Source: Ginglymostoma cirratum
Taxonomy: Eukaryota
Assembly (NCBI GenBank): GCA_024137785.1
Contig: JAHRHZ010000002.1
Coordinates: 5,138,328-5,170,467, forward strand
Direction of reading: 5' to 3'
Length of the DNA: 32,140 bases
In this document: piece by piece, positions 1-11,131 of the stretch
Position numbering within the stretch: position 1 is the first letter of the stretch
Layout of the letters: each line of letters opens with the position of its first letter
Position numbers and translations under genes: made by a program
The notes under the pieces: model-generated
The model's database searches: none
What the model was told of the DNA's origin: nothing
What the model saw: the letters and a program-made list of their open reading frames with translations, nothing else

Positions 1-159
1 ATAGAGCTGTGTGTTGGTGCTGAGTAGGTTGTGCTCATGGCATTTGGTCAGGACTCACTTTGACTACTAGGGCTGTAATGAGGTTCTGAGCATGTTATCC
101 TGAAACCTTCACTCCAGATGTTCCTGATCAAGATTGTCTGCTCAACATCTTACCCAGCC

Positions 160-400
160 TATTCCAGGTTAGTGATATTTATATCCCAGTTTACTGGTCT
201 AGGTAAGTAATAGACTGAATGTATACCAGGTTACTGTTCCAGCTCAGTGATTGACCATGTATGTCCCAGTTTACTATTGCAGGTTAGTGTTAAACCAAGT
301 GTTTGGTCCCAAGTTTCTGTTTCAGGTTAATTATAGACTTGGTGCATTCCAGGTTACTTTTCCAGATTAATGATAGACTAGGCATGTTCCAGGTTAGTGG
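160..400. repeat. Degenerate minisatellite, ~38-40 bp unit (CCAG(G/T)TTACTGTTCCAGGTTAGTGATAGACT-like), about 6 copies
   Basis: Recurrent ccaggtta/ccagttta ... tagact motifs at regular spacing. Confidence 0.6.
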
Positions 401-1273
401 TGGATCTGGCAAGCTATTAAGGTGAAATCAAAGATATGATCTCAACAGGACATTTAAATTGCAGAGGGCAGTTGCTTTGCTATACCATTCACACTGACTA
501 GCATTCAGTAAATGGAGGAATATAGGACAGGAGAGGAGATAAGTGATCAGTTACAACTCCAATTTTAATTCAAATCACTCATGCGAGTTACAAATTCCCA
601 GTGACCAGTGTCCAATAATAGTTTGCACAGAGAGCTGGGCGCAGTAATTTTCCTTCCTGCAGGCAATGTGTTGGCATCTTTTGCAGCCAACAACAACTTG
701 GAGAAAGTGAAGGAGGGTCTGAAGCCAGATGCTAATGTAGCCTGGAATCCTGCTCTCCCTCTGAAGGTCAAACAACAACTGACTGCGTCTCCCAGAGTTG
801 TGTATTGAAGTAACTCACTAGTTCTGATTTCAGTCATTTCATTTATTAATGGGCCACCTCACTGAGCTTGTACATTAAGCAAACAAATCACCTCTCCATC
901 AGAGTTCCATTGAAAGGCAACAAGGTAATTATGAAAGTATTAACATAACATTTGAATGTAGTGGGTCTCGATGTTTTTCTTTGTCCAGAGCTAGCTTGGG
1001 GTAGACAGATAGTCTCCAAGTCCTTTGTGTCAGTTTTCGTGGAACATTTACACACTTCAGGGAAACAACATCCTCTGGTAATATGATCGTGTGATCACCT
1101 TGGCCATTCTATGCTTCACCAAGGTCGTCCATTTTTGAAAGAAGCAGCATTTAAATGCAAAATCAGAAGAGAATATAGATTTTTGGTGCATTTTTCTTCA
1201 CAGACCCTCCTTGACAATTCTTATGGATCTGAAATTGGAGTTTAACATATCTCTTTAAGTGTTTGCATCACAG

Positions 1274-1533
1274 ACACTAACTCCCTCACTGTGATATATA
1301 CAAGAGTCTCCGGAATACAAGATTTCCCTGAGGTCACTGGTATTGTGAAGGTCAATGGAGACCAAAGAGGTTATTTTGACAGTAATATCCATAGCTGCCT
1401 ATCCAGGCAGCAGTTCCTGGCTGAATCACTCGATCTGAAATTCTGGGACAATGCCATTGATTTGGTGATCTTGCTTGCAAACTTAGCAAGGAGAATCTGA
1501 AAATCATCATCAAACGGACAAACCAGACTTCAG
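1274..1533 (+). pseudogene. MHC class I alpha1 exon (frameshifted)
   Basis: catcacag|...cag|gtcaga splice sites. Translates as (D)TNSLTVIYTRVSGIQDFPEVTGIVKVNGDQRGYFDSN...SRQQFLAESLDLKFWD...[fs ~1470-1487]KENLKIIIKRTNQTS, matching the class I alpha1 pattern (HSL.Y.YT, PEF, YDS, YWD, N86 glycosylation site NQT). Length 260 nt, not a multiple of 3. Confidence 0.9.
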
Positions 1534-2204
1534 GTCAGAACAGCCCTGTAAAATCTCAGTATCTCCTGATTCACTCCAATCAGTCCATTCCCCCAGCACT
1601 AATGACTGGGACACTCCAATGAGAACACTTGCTAGAATTGAACAATCTATTGAACTCTTTGGATGAACTTGAGTATGAACCACTTTCATTCCAATGCCGT
1701 GAATTGACTCATGCTGTCAGAGTGTGGGGATAAACACCTTTTGTTTGGAATTTAATGAGCTGAGAATTAACTCTTTTCCTTCAAATTCAGGAGGATGATG
1801 TCTATCAACAGCAACAGGACATAGATAACCTGACAAAATGAGCACACAGTGGCAGATTGACTTAATGGAAGAAAGTATAAGGAGATGTATTTTGGCAGAA
1901 CTGAGAGGAAAATGTGATGTAGACTTAACAATGGGGCAGTGCTGTCATGAGAAAATAGGATTACCATAAGGAGAAATATCATGGAGAGGATGGGTCGAAT
2001 TGTCCACACTTTTATCACAGTCATTCTGCCAACCTTGTACTCTAAACCTCCATTTCTATCTGATATGAGATCCCTTCTCCTCTGATCAGACTGTGACTCT
2101 AAACCCTTATTTACATCTGTTATTAGATCTCCTGTCCCTCTGATCAGACAATTTGTGATTATATATTAATTACTGATGATTGATCTCCATTTGTGCACTG
2201 ACAA

Positions 2205-2479
2205 GAACGCACACTCTCCATGGATACATTCTGTTGAGGTCAGTGACGATGGATCCATGAAGATATCGATTTGATTTGGATTTGATGGAAAGGATTTTAT
2301 TAGTTTAGAGACAGACAGCTTGAGATGGGTCACAGCAAATCATATGGCAATGAAGACCAAAGAGAAATGGGATTTGGATAAATTGTGGAACAACTATGGG
2401 AAGACATAACTGCAAGAAACATATGTTGAACATTTAAATAGATATCTGGAAGCTGGAAGGGAATATTTCAAAAGGAACA
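2205..2479 (+). pseudogene. MHC class I alpha2 exon (1-nt deletion, 2 stops, mutated acceptor)
   Basis: (G)THTL[fs]WIHSVEVSDDGSMKISI*FGFDGKDFISLETDSLRWVTANHMAMKTKEKWDLDKLWNNYGKT*LQETYVEHLNRYLEAGREYFKRN, with hallmark HTLQ-like, FDGKDFI, TKxKW and YLExG motifs; donor GT at 2480. Confidence 0.92.
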
Positions 2480-2544
2480 GTATATATTTCAGTTTTGATT
2501 CACGGTTCTGTTCTAAATTAAATAAAAAACATTAAAAAAGAACC

Positions 2545-2646
2545 ATAAGAGGTCACTGGACCTGAAATGTTCACTCATCTTTGTCTCCACAGAATCTGCC
2601 AGATAGGTGAAATTTCTCCAGCAATTTCTGTTTTTATTTCTGATCT
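2545..2646 (+). mobile_element. Degenerate Penelope-like terminal repeat copy in the class I intron
   Basis: ggtcactggacctgaaatgtt...tctccacaga.tctgccaga...tttctccagcaatttctgttttt; same family as 9135-9320, 10545-10636, 25620-25756 and 31915-32140. Confidence 0.6.
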
Positions 2647-2711
2647 AACTTCACTGATCTAAGAAACCATTCTCTCATTGCATTCAATGTCTGTCTGTTT
2701 TCCCATCACAG

Positions 2712-2988
2712 TTCAGCCTGAAGTGTTCATCTCCAGAAGTGAACCCAATCATCAGCAGGAGCCACTCATTCTCTCCTGCCTGGTCACTGGATTTTATCCT
2801 GTATACATCGAGGTAACCTGGCTAAGGAATGGAGAGGTCATATCTGAGACATAATTCTCACTACTGACCGAACCAGAGTGGGACGCATAAGATCCAGAAA
2901 GAGATTGAAGTCAGTGTTGGAGATGAGGATCAATACTCCTGTCAAATTCAACAGAGCATCTTGGCAGAGCCTAAGCACTCTCAGTGGG
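2712..2988 (+). pseudogene. MHC class I alpha3 (Ig C1-set) exon (stop + frameshift)
   Basis: catcacag|TTCAGCCT...TGGG|gtaaga. Translates as QPEVFIS...LSCLVTGFYPVYIEVTWLRNGEVISET*..[fs]PNQSGTHKIQKEIEVSVGDEDQYSCQIQQSILAEPKHSQW, with C1-set motifs C..GFYP..I.V.W.RNG, PN.xGT and YSC. Confidence 0.95.
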
Positions 2989-3029
2989 GTAAGAAGCAGG
3001 ATTGAGTGTGTGTATGTGTGTGTGTGTGT

Positions 3030-3340
3030 TGAATACAGGAACAAGCATTTGCCTCTCAGCCCCTTGAGTCTGTTCCAAAATTCAATAAGGTCCTGTCTGA
3101 TCTGTCCCTCACTCCCTTTATTCACTGTTGCTCCGTGTCTAATGCAGCCCTTCCCCAACAAAACCTCCTGATTTCAGGCTGGAAACATTCAATTGATCCT
3201 CAGCACTCACAGGATTTTTGTATGATAATTCCATGTTTCCACTCTTACTTTTGTAAGGAAGTATTTTCTGATTTCACTCCAAAATTATCTCATTGTAATT
3301 TGACGATAGTTCTCCCTTGTCCCAGATTCCAGCACCAGAT
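3030..3340 (-). mobile_element. Old CR1 LINE 3' fragment
   Basis: Resembles the reverse complement of CR1 3' ends elsewhere in the window (compare 15850-16150 and 23880-24170). Confidence 0.55.
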
Positions 3341-3533
3341 CTTACACACCCCAATCAATGGGATCTTTAGAGACTTCACCGGTGAGTGAAATTGGGTGTG
3401 GGACAAACCAGCATTTCAAACAATCCCATCAATTCCCTACAGCTGAGTTCAGTTAAAATTGTCTCCAATCAACACAAATTGGAAATGGATCCAGAAACAG
3501 AGATAATCATGATATTATTCAAATGTGTTTCAG

Positions 3534-3641
3534 AAATCTTGGAAAACAGTGTGGGATATTCCCATCTTGTAATTGTGATTGCATTAGTAACTGCAATGGC
3601 TCCAATATTCAGAATAATTATCTGGAAAAAGCCACAGGGAG
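3534..3641 (+). pseudogene. MHC class I connecting-peptide/transmembrane exon
   Basis: tgtttcag acceptor, phase compatible with alpha3. (E)ILENSVGYSHLVIVIALVTAMAPIFRIIIWKKPQG gives a hydrophobic stretch plus WKK stop-transfer. 3' end uncertain: degraded donor at 3642 or GT at 3665. Confidence 0.75.
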
Positions 3642-4111
3642 ATAAGAAAAAGAAAGAGGGCAAGGTAGGACTGAGGGAACAGAGTGAGTTTGTGGGAATC
3701 TTCAACACTGGGAGTACATAATGCTGTGTTGAATGGCACTGATTGAATTCTTACACACAGATACAGACGTGTAAACAAGCCTTGTTCCCTGTCTGATCGT
3801 CCTTTGTGTGATCAGCCTAATATTGACCGTTCAACCCAACACACACACTCACATCTTCACTGACTGAATATCACTGGAATGAAAGAGATTTACAGAATCT
3901 CCATAAGCATATAAATGGAAGGGAGTGTGGGAATGAGAATTTCTTCCACAATCTCCATTCCCTCACACTTGTTGTATCCTCACTCTCTGAGAATGGATTA
4001 TCCCCCATTCTAATGGACATTTATTTTATTTCTACTGATTTACCAAGTGGGACCGACACAGCAGCGTTCAATAAGTGATTGAGAAAAAACAGTGTTGTGA
4101 ATGATGCAGAA

Positions 4112-4455
4112 AGAACATGGAACATAGAACAGTACAGCACAGTACAGACCCTTCGGCCCACGATGTTGTGCTGAACTTTTACCCTAAACCTAAGGTCTAT
4201 CTAACCTCCACTCCTACCTTATACCATCATCCATATGCCTATCTAATAGCCACTTAAATGCCCTTAATGAGGCCAACTCCACTACCCTCCTCGGCAATGC
4301 ATTCCACGCCCCTACCACTCTTTTTTAAAGAACTTACCTCGATGTATCCCCTGTATCTACCTCCACTCACTTAAAAACTATGTCCTCTCATAATAGCTAC
4401 CTCCACACAATGAAAAAGTCCCTGGCTGTCCACTCTATCTATACTTCTGATCATT
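4112..4455 (-). mobile_element. 5'-truncated CR1 LINE 3' end
   Basis: agaacatggaacatagaacagtacagcacagtacagacccttcggccc is the reverse complement of the CR1 (TGTTCTA)n tail and stem-loop seen at 12510-12570. Confidence 0.85.
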
Positions 4456-4809
4456 TTGTACAGATGTGGCATTACATTCATCTGACAGTTACTCAGGATG
4501 ACAGACATCCACTCCCCTCATCTCCAGTCTTTCGACCCCCAGTCTCTAATCCTCCACATCTCCATATCCCCAGTTCTTTAACCCCTCCCCCTGCATCCCT
4601 CATCCCTACTCCTTCACTTTATAATCTCTCATCGCCATGCCCTCACCCTCCTCTCCCTCATCATCTACTCCTACTGTGCTGCTGTGTGAATCTGGTTAGT
4701 TAATGCTGAGAGTGAGTGTATCCTGTGTCCAATGAATGAGAGACAATATATCATACTGTCTAATTTTATATTTTGTTCCAGTTCTCACTTTCCATTTTTA
4801 TTTTCTCAG

Positions 4810-4841
4810 CTTCTGAGGTCTCTGTTCCAGCTCCTTCATGA
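4810..4841 (+). pseudogene. Possible terminal cytoplasmic exon of the class I pseudogene (xSEVSVPAPS*)
   Basis: Strong polypyrimidine acceptor ttttattttctcag, phase 1, short Ser-rich tail ending in TGA. Too short to confirm. Confidence 0.35.
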
Positions 4842-5819
4842 TCCATTAAGTGACATTATAACTAACTTCCATTGACATATTTGTAAGTTTTTCACTCCCC
4901 TCCTAACCCTGTCTCACCCTCCCAGACACTGTTAAAACCTATCAGACTAATTTCACTCTGCTCACCACCCTGAAGTGATTGCCCCGTGTTTATCCATTTC
5001 TCACCTTGTGGGTTTCCTGGGCTCAACTGCAGGACATTCCCATAGCATCATTGGCAAATCATGGGATTCTCTTGTTCCTGTGCGAACATGGGCATCATCA
5101 TCTTTCCTTCCATATTGCAGCTGACACACAGAATTACAACTCGTTGTTCATACCCAGTTCTTTCAGGATTAAGATAATTTTTTTGCTGAGAATGTGGTTC
5201 TACAAATTGAACAGTGTGGTGGATCATGGATCTGCAAGTTTGAATCCTTATTCTTCAAGTGAGACCTTCTCAAGTTGTGCTTCCATCCTGCCTCAGAAAT
5301 GTGAGCAGTGTCACCGTCAGAGGGATCTTCACAGATGGTTTCTCCCTCACACTTTCTTATCTTTGTTTCTTCAGTGGGTCAATGATTGACCTGAAATGAT
5401 GCAATATTCTCAGGCAACTCACTTTTTATATTGTAGGAAGCTCATCAATTTTGCACATTATGTCAACAAATTTGGACTTCTTTGTAAATATCTGTATAAG
5501 TTTTGTAACTGTCTTTATGTTAACAAACATCTTACCATTTATCTGTTGCAATTCTATTTTCATTCTAATTTATATTCAGCTGAACTGATCTGTTTTGCAC
5601 TTAAAGTAACTGTGTCCAAACTTGAACTCTTATATGAAGTACCATTATTTTATTTCTTCCTGATAATATATTTATGATGACAAAATTCTGTTACTATGTA
5701 TAATCAATATTTAACTGCAAATGCAGATAATTGTAGTTTGTAATTGATAAATAATTGTTTGATTCATCTGCGTTTTTCATCAATGATTTCACAAGAAAGA
5801 TTTAATTAATTCACTCAGC

Positions 5820-6400
5820 AGCTTGTGGTTTTTGAGAAACCCAGCAGATCTGTCAGCATCTGTGGACAGAGCATTAGCATTACTGGTCCACTGACCCTTC
5901 TTCACGACTCATGGCAGCTCGGAAAAGGAGGTATGTACTCTGATGACTGTGAATGATGGGGGCGGGGGGGGTGGAGGTGCAGTGGTGGTGTGCGGAGGTT
6001 TGTGGTGGGAGAGGTGATGGCTATAAAGCAATAGCTAGAGATGGAGCCCAGACATAAAGTCAGTTAGGCAGACAAAGGGATAGATAATGGTAAACCAGGG
6101 AAAGAGAAAAGCAGATAATGGGGACCATAACTCAATGAAAGTGTTGGCTGTGCTAAAAGCAACCCAAATGATGACAGGGCCTGGTGTGTGTGTTTGGATA
6201 ACGGGCATGGAAAAGGTTTTCAGGTCCTAAAATTATTGATTACTGAAGTCTGCACGGTCCCCAAGTGGAAAAAAGATGCTGTTTTTCAAGCTTGCACTGA
6301 GCCTCCCTGGAGCGCTGCAGCAAGTCCGAGACAGAGATCTCTGCTAGGCATCACGGTGGGGTAGGCAACTGGAAGCTTGGTGTTATGAAATGCAATTACC
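5820..6400 (-). mobile_element. Decayed Penelope-like retroelement 3' part (GIY-YIG C-terminus, 3' UTR and terminal repeat)
   Basis: Minus strand ~6340-6235 reads ISVSDLLQRSREAQCKLEKQHLF.HLGTVQ..IN, like the RKLEEQHLIFRLGTLQPxGLN end of PLE endonucleases; it is followed by the terminal repeat at 5830-5905. Confidence 0.65.
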
Positions 6401-6709
6401 CAATCTGTGATCTATCTCCCCGGGGTAGAGGAGCCAACTTCATGGACCAGTGAGCAAGCTGATATTGGAGTGAGGAAAAGGGAGGGTCATCATCTGAATG
6501 TTTCAACCAGGTCTGAGCACACAAGCTTCTGGGATGTGACAGATGAAGCGGAATCTTCATTACCAATGTTTCCTTCTGACAGGTGCTGCCTTTGAACTCA
6601 CAGGCTGGAGGTGGTGGTGGTGGGGGGAGGTCAGAGTCAGCAGCTGAGGGTGTTGAAAGGGGACCTGGAGAAGGCACTAAGCTGCTCAGGGACAGGGTGA
6701 GACTCTTAT

Positions 6710-7030
6710 TGCAAGATTCCCAGTTTCATGTAGCCACAGTATTCAAATGTTTGGTCCAGTTCAGTTATTTTGCCATCTGTAACGTCCAAGATGTTGATAG
6801 TAGCGGATTCAATAACGTCATGACGCTGAATTTTGAAGGGACTGGACTAGATTCTTTCTTGTTAGAGATTGTGATTGCCTGGCAGTTGTGCGAGTGTGAC
6901 TTGAATATTGTCTAGGTCTTGTTCCACATGAACACTGACTGTCAAAGTATCTGAGGAGTTGCAAATGGTGATAAGCATTGTATAATCATATGTGACCACT
7001 CCAAATTCTGACCCCATGTTGGAGAAATAG
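6710..7030 (-). mobile_element. Old CR1/L2-group LINE RT fragment
   Basis: Reverse complement resembles 29640-29870, which carries an FADD motif. Confidence 0.55.
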
Positions 7031-7639
7031 TTGAAGATTCTGGTACTGTTTTGGTATTGTTCTTCTTCTATCCTTCACACTAGCTTAGACCAGAATTCTA
7101 GGCTACTTTAAACAATGTTTATTTACAGTATGTGCGTGATAGTAAGTCGACAGAGCTCTACATCTAACACTCTAGTTTCATGTGAGTTCTATCATGTGAT
7201 TATTGACCTAATAGTTAGATCTTACAATGCTTCAGAGGCTCATCTACATACCAATTTAGTCTTTTCTCTACATCTCCCACAAGTGCTTTCACAGACTCCA
7301 ACATTATTAACTATGTGTATTTTCTTAACATCATTGACTGAAATATTAACCAAAAGTATTCCCTTTAACTGAATACATTTCCAGCTTCATCTTCTCTCAT
7401 CAAAGTCTATTGCTCACAGCTTCAAATACTGTGGGAATCTTACAGTTCTCCTTGATCTGGGCATTCAGAACGGTGTAAGAGGGTGATGGCCTGAAACGGA
7501 ACTTTCAGCAGCTGAAAATATAAATGGGATCAATAATATCATGGCAAAGCTCACAACACTGAAAACATTGACTGTGAACAGGCTGCCATGTAAGCATGAA
7601 GACGAGTGGGTGCTCAGTGAGGGTTAAAGGTAAATTGTG

Positions 7640-8600
7640 AAGGTGCTATAGTCTCAGAGGACCAGCACTATCATTGAAAATATACCATTTTTGCTTGAAT
7701 TGGATGCTGATTTGTCTGATATCTCAGTTGATTTCTCCATTCCATCTGCAGATAGAAGTCACCCAATATAACTGTGTTTCCATGCAACATATTTCTCTGA
7801 TCTCCTGATTAATGCCGTGGCCCACACTGCCAGTACTATTTGGTAGCTGTTTAATGAATGTAAATAAATTCTCCTGATCAGAGATGTTCTGTTCGTAATA
7901 CACTGAAGCTGTCCCTTATCAATGCAACACCACCTCCTTCTCCTTTTTGACATTTCTTTCTAAACTTCAAATATCCTTGACTATTAAGTTTGCTGTCCAG
8001 TTTACCATGCAGACTTAGGTTTCTCTAAGAGCAACCAGAAAATAGTGATCAGGTCTAATTGTGCTTTTAGATCCACTACCTTATTGTGAATGCAGCATCC
8101 ATTTAGCTGGAGTGCCATTAACTTTATCTCTTTGCCATCATTGTGCTTCCGCACTATAGTCAATACTCAGTTTCATTTCTTTTGTATTCTAGACTTCCTA
8201 GCATCTATTTTACTTTATATTACTAATATTCCTTTCTTCCAATTTGGGATGTGTAAGGGTTCCCAAACCCTGATAATCTGGTTGAAACCCACTCTGATAG
8301 CACTAGCAAATCTCCCTGTGGGGATATCAGTTTCAGCACTATTGAGGCGTAACCCATCCAGCTTGTACATGTCCCACCTGCCTTAGGGCAGGACTGAATT
8401 CTTCAGAAATCTGATGCCTTCTCTCCGACACCAGTTCTCTAACCATATACCGAAACCTCTAACCATAACCTCATGTTCTTCTGTTCACTTCTTAGTTTGG
8501 ATTGTTCATTGTCCTTTTTCCATAACCAGCCTGAGATTCATTATACAGCGATCATGCACCTTTAAATGCTCCCCTTTTAATACTTTGTCTACCTCGTTCC
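7640..8600 (-). mobile_element. Highly decayed CR1 LINE 5'/ORF1-endonuclease region
   Basis: Residual CR1-like segments, e.g. an ETQL/ETW-like codon run near 7770-7790 and a catccagcttgtacatgtcccacctgcc segment. Confidence 0.45.
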
Positions 8601-9134
8601 TGAGAACTAAGTGTCGCAGCCCTCCTCTCTAATTGAACTTAAAACGTTCCATTCTGAACAATGTACTTGAATAAACTCTCGAAAATTTTGTACTTCACTG
8701 TCCTTTAAATCGCTGATATTCCGTTATAATTCTATGCTTAATTTTATTGAATGCAACACCTCACCACACACTGCAAAAAAAAGCTAACGTTAAAAAAAGT
8801 TAAGAAGTAATGGCTGGTTTTGGTACCCGACAGTCACCGCGGTAATGAATCTCCTCTATTCAGGTCACGAGAGAGAGTAGTGCGCAGCCGTAGTGCCACC
8901 CAGGATTTGTTGCACTGAGAGACCGAGAGTCGTGAGCGGAGCTTCTGTGTTTTTCCTTCTGCGGGCAGTGAGGATGTAGGAACGAGGTGGGAGCATGGGA
9001 GCATTGGAGCTGGAGGGTGGGCGGGAAATTGTTCAAAACATGCATTAAAGACTGCAAATCTAAATTTATAATCAGCAAGCCTTGTGTTTGCCTTTTGTGA
9101 GTCTGACACTATATATCTGTATTTTTGAAATAAA

Positions 9135-9320
9135 GCAAAGAACAGCGGGCGCTGGAAATCTGAAAAATAACGAAATTATGTAGAAAACTCAGCAGGTCTG
9201 TCAACAACGTTCTGAAGATGGGTCGCTGAACTGAAACATTTACTCTGCTTTCTCTCCACAGATGCTGCCAAACCTGCTGAGTTTCTCCAGTATTTTTTGT
9301 GTTTGTGTCTGCATCTGCCA
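9135..9320. mobile_element. Penelope-like terminal repeat in inverted (fold-back) arrangement
   Basis: Left arm agaaaactcagcaggtctgtca pairs with right arm tgccaaacctgctgagtttctcc; degenerate CTGAAGA...GAAAC core at 9212-9237. Confidence 0.65.
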
Positions 9321-9359
9321 CTACATCTTTGAGTATACTCGTGTGTGTATGTCTCACTC

Positions 9360-10170
9360 GATACAGGATTTACATTGCGGAAGAAGGCCATTCGTCCTAA
9401 CGTGTCTACACTAGCACTCTAAATGGTATTCTCTCAGAGCCATTTGCCTGCCTTCCCCCAATTACACTGCACATCCTGCTTTTTCCAATAACCGTTTATT
9501 CTTTTTAATGACCTTGACCCTACTTGGCTCCACAACACTTTTCAGTAGAATGTGCCAAGCCTCAACTATTTTCTGCCAAAAAAAGATTTGCCTTATATAT
9601 CATTCATTTCCTTTACAATTTACTATTCAATCTGACTTCATTCTTGATTCCTTCATGAACAGGAAACATTTCCCCCTACCTGATCTGTCCAGACATTGAT
9701 GATTGTTAATACCTCTATCACATCTTCTGTCAGCCTTCCCTTCTCCACAGAAAATAATTCTAATGTCTCCAATTTATTTTGCTAATTAATAAACCTTGTC
9801 CCTGAAATCTGTTCTGAGCTTTCATTCATGCTTTCAAATCCTTCTTAAAGTGCAGTGCCTGAGATGAGACTCAACATTCCAGCTAAAGACTGACATGTGT
9901 TTTATGCAATTTCCATATGAGATCCATGCTCTTGTCCCCTCTGCTCTTATTATTAAAGCCCAGGATACTGTAAACTTTATTAAGTGTTCTCTCCAAATAT
10001 ACCGATACCTTCAATAACATATACACACAAACATTCAGATTCCTCTGCTCCTCAAACCTCTTTCAGTGTTTAACCCGTTATGTCATATTGTCTCTCTATG
10101 TTGTTGCAACCAAAATGACTCACTTTAAATTTCTATGCATTGAACCTCATCTCCCACAAATCTTCTCACA
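9360..10170 (-). mobile_element. Old CR1 LINE 3' fragment
   Basis: gaagaaggccattcg tail-side motif followed by decayed ORF2 C-terminal antisense sequence. Confidence 0.6.
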
Positions 10171-10544
10171 CCTTTTTATGTGAATTTGGGTTAAGTTGCA
10201 TGGAAAATTATATAAAAAAAAGAAAAGGAGAACGTAAGATTGCACTTTAGTGATGGGATTGATTGTTACCAGAAAATGAACAGAAGGGATCCATAAAAGT
10301 GTTGGGAACTCAATAATAGAACAAACTTAAAGGCTTTGAATTTTAATGCATGCAGCACTTGAAACAAGGTAAATGAATACAATCTCATAGCCATTATGGA
10401 AACATGGAGGAGGTAAAAATTGGGAACTTATTGTTCAGGAATATTTGACATTATGGAAAGACAGGAGGAATGTAAAAAGTGGTGGGATAGCATTGCTAAC
10501 AAGAAATGAAATGAAGACAGTTATCTGAGATGATCTACAGATCC

Positions 10545-10636
10545 AAAAACAGAAATTGCTAGAACACCTCAGCAGATCTGGCAGCATCTTTGGAGAAAAG
10601 CAGGGTTAATGTTTCAGGTCCAGTGGCCTTCTTTAG
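10545..10636 (-). mobile_element. Penelope-like terminal repeat inserted in old CR1
   Basis: aaaacagaaattgctagaacacctcagcagatctggcagcatct...gttaatgtttcaggtccagtggccttctt. Confidence 0.65.
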
Positions 10637-11131
10637 ATTTCCATACTGTAATCACTCTGCAGGAAAGGCTATAAATCAACAAATAATTGGAGTATGCAAA
10701 AGGAATAGGGCAATAGTTATGTGTGCATTAATTAGGTTAATCGTTCAGAAAGGGTAGCTATGACAATGAATTTATTGAGCACATTACAGATAGTTTCCTT
10801 GAGAAATCTGTCATGAAGTCAACCAGTTAGCAAGTTATCTTGGATCTGGTAATGGATAATGAGGTAAGTCTAATAAGTGACCTTTGAATAAAAGATACCC
10901 CAGGAAGTAGTGATCATAACATGATAGAATTTAATATTCAGTTCAAGAATTAGAAACTGGATTTGGAAAAAAGTTCCAAATAAAGAAAATTACAATGAAA
11001 TTAGAGCATTAACTACAGTGAACTGGGCATATAGATTATCAGGAATGACAGTCATCAAGCAGTGGCTGGGACTTAAGTAATTCATGACTCTCAGTGAAAA
11101 AAAATCTCCAAAAGAAGGAGCATTTCTAAAA

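Larger units (their letters stand above)
1274..3641 (+). pseudogene. MHC class I heavy-chain pseudogene, probably a non-classical lineage (alpha1, alpha2, alpha3 and TM exons)
   Basis: Four exons in the correct order with phase-1 junctions and class I motifs (see individual exons). In-frame stops at 2272, 2407 and 2852; frameshifts in all three extracellular exons; alpha2 acceptor reads AA instead of AG. Leader exon not identified. Confidence 0.93.

Noticed and set aside
160-400. Regularly spaced repeats reminiscent of a CRISPR array
   Set aside because: Whole units are degenerate copies with no unique spacers; vertebrate context and no cas genes.
1-1270. Class I leader exon and promoter (S-X-Y, ISRE)
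   Set aside because: No convincing signal-peptide exon or motif set found; may be decayed or outside the window.
2037-2150. Two ~56-bp tandem copies in intron 2 of the class I pseudogene
   Set aside because: Ordinary local duplication with no sign of function.
2712-2988. Possible Ig/TCR constant or MHC class II domain
   Set aside because: Preceded by class I alpha1 and alpha2 exons and followed by a TM exon, so it is class I alpha3.
4039-4065. Possible small cytoplasmic exon of the class I gene (GTD.SSVQ-like)
   Set aside because: Needs both an indel and a repaired donor site; too short to support.
4380-4703. Pro-rich 107-aa ORF
   Set aside because: Arises from a CR1 end plus a low-complexity pyrimidine tract.
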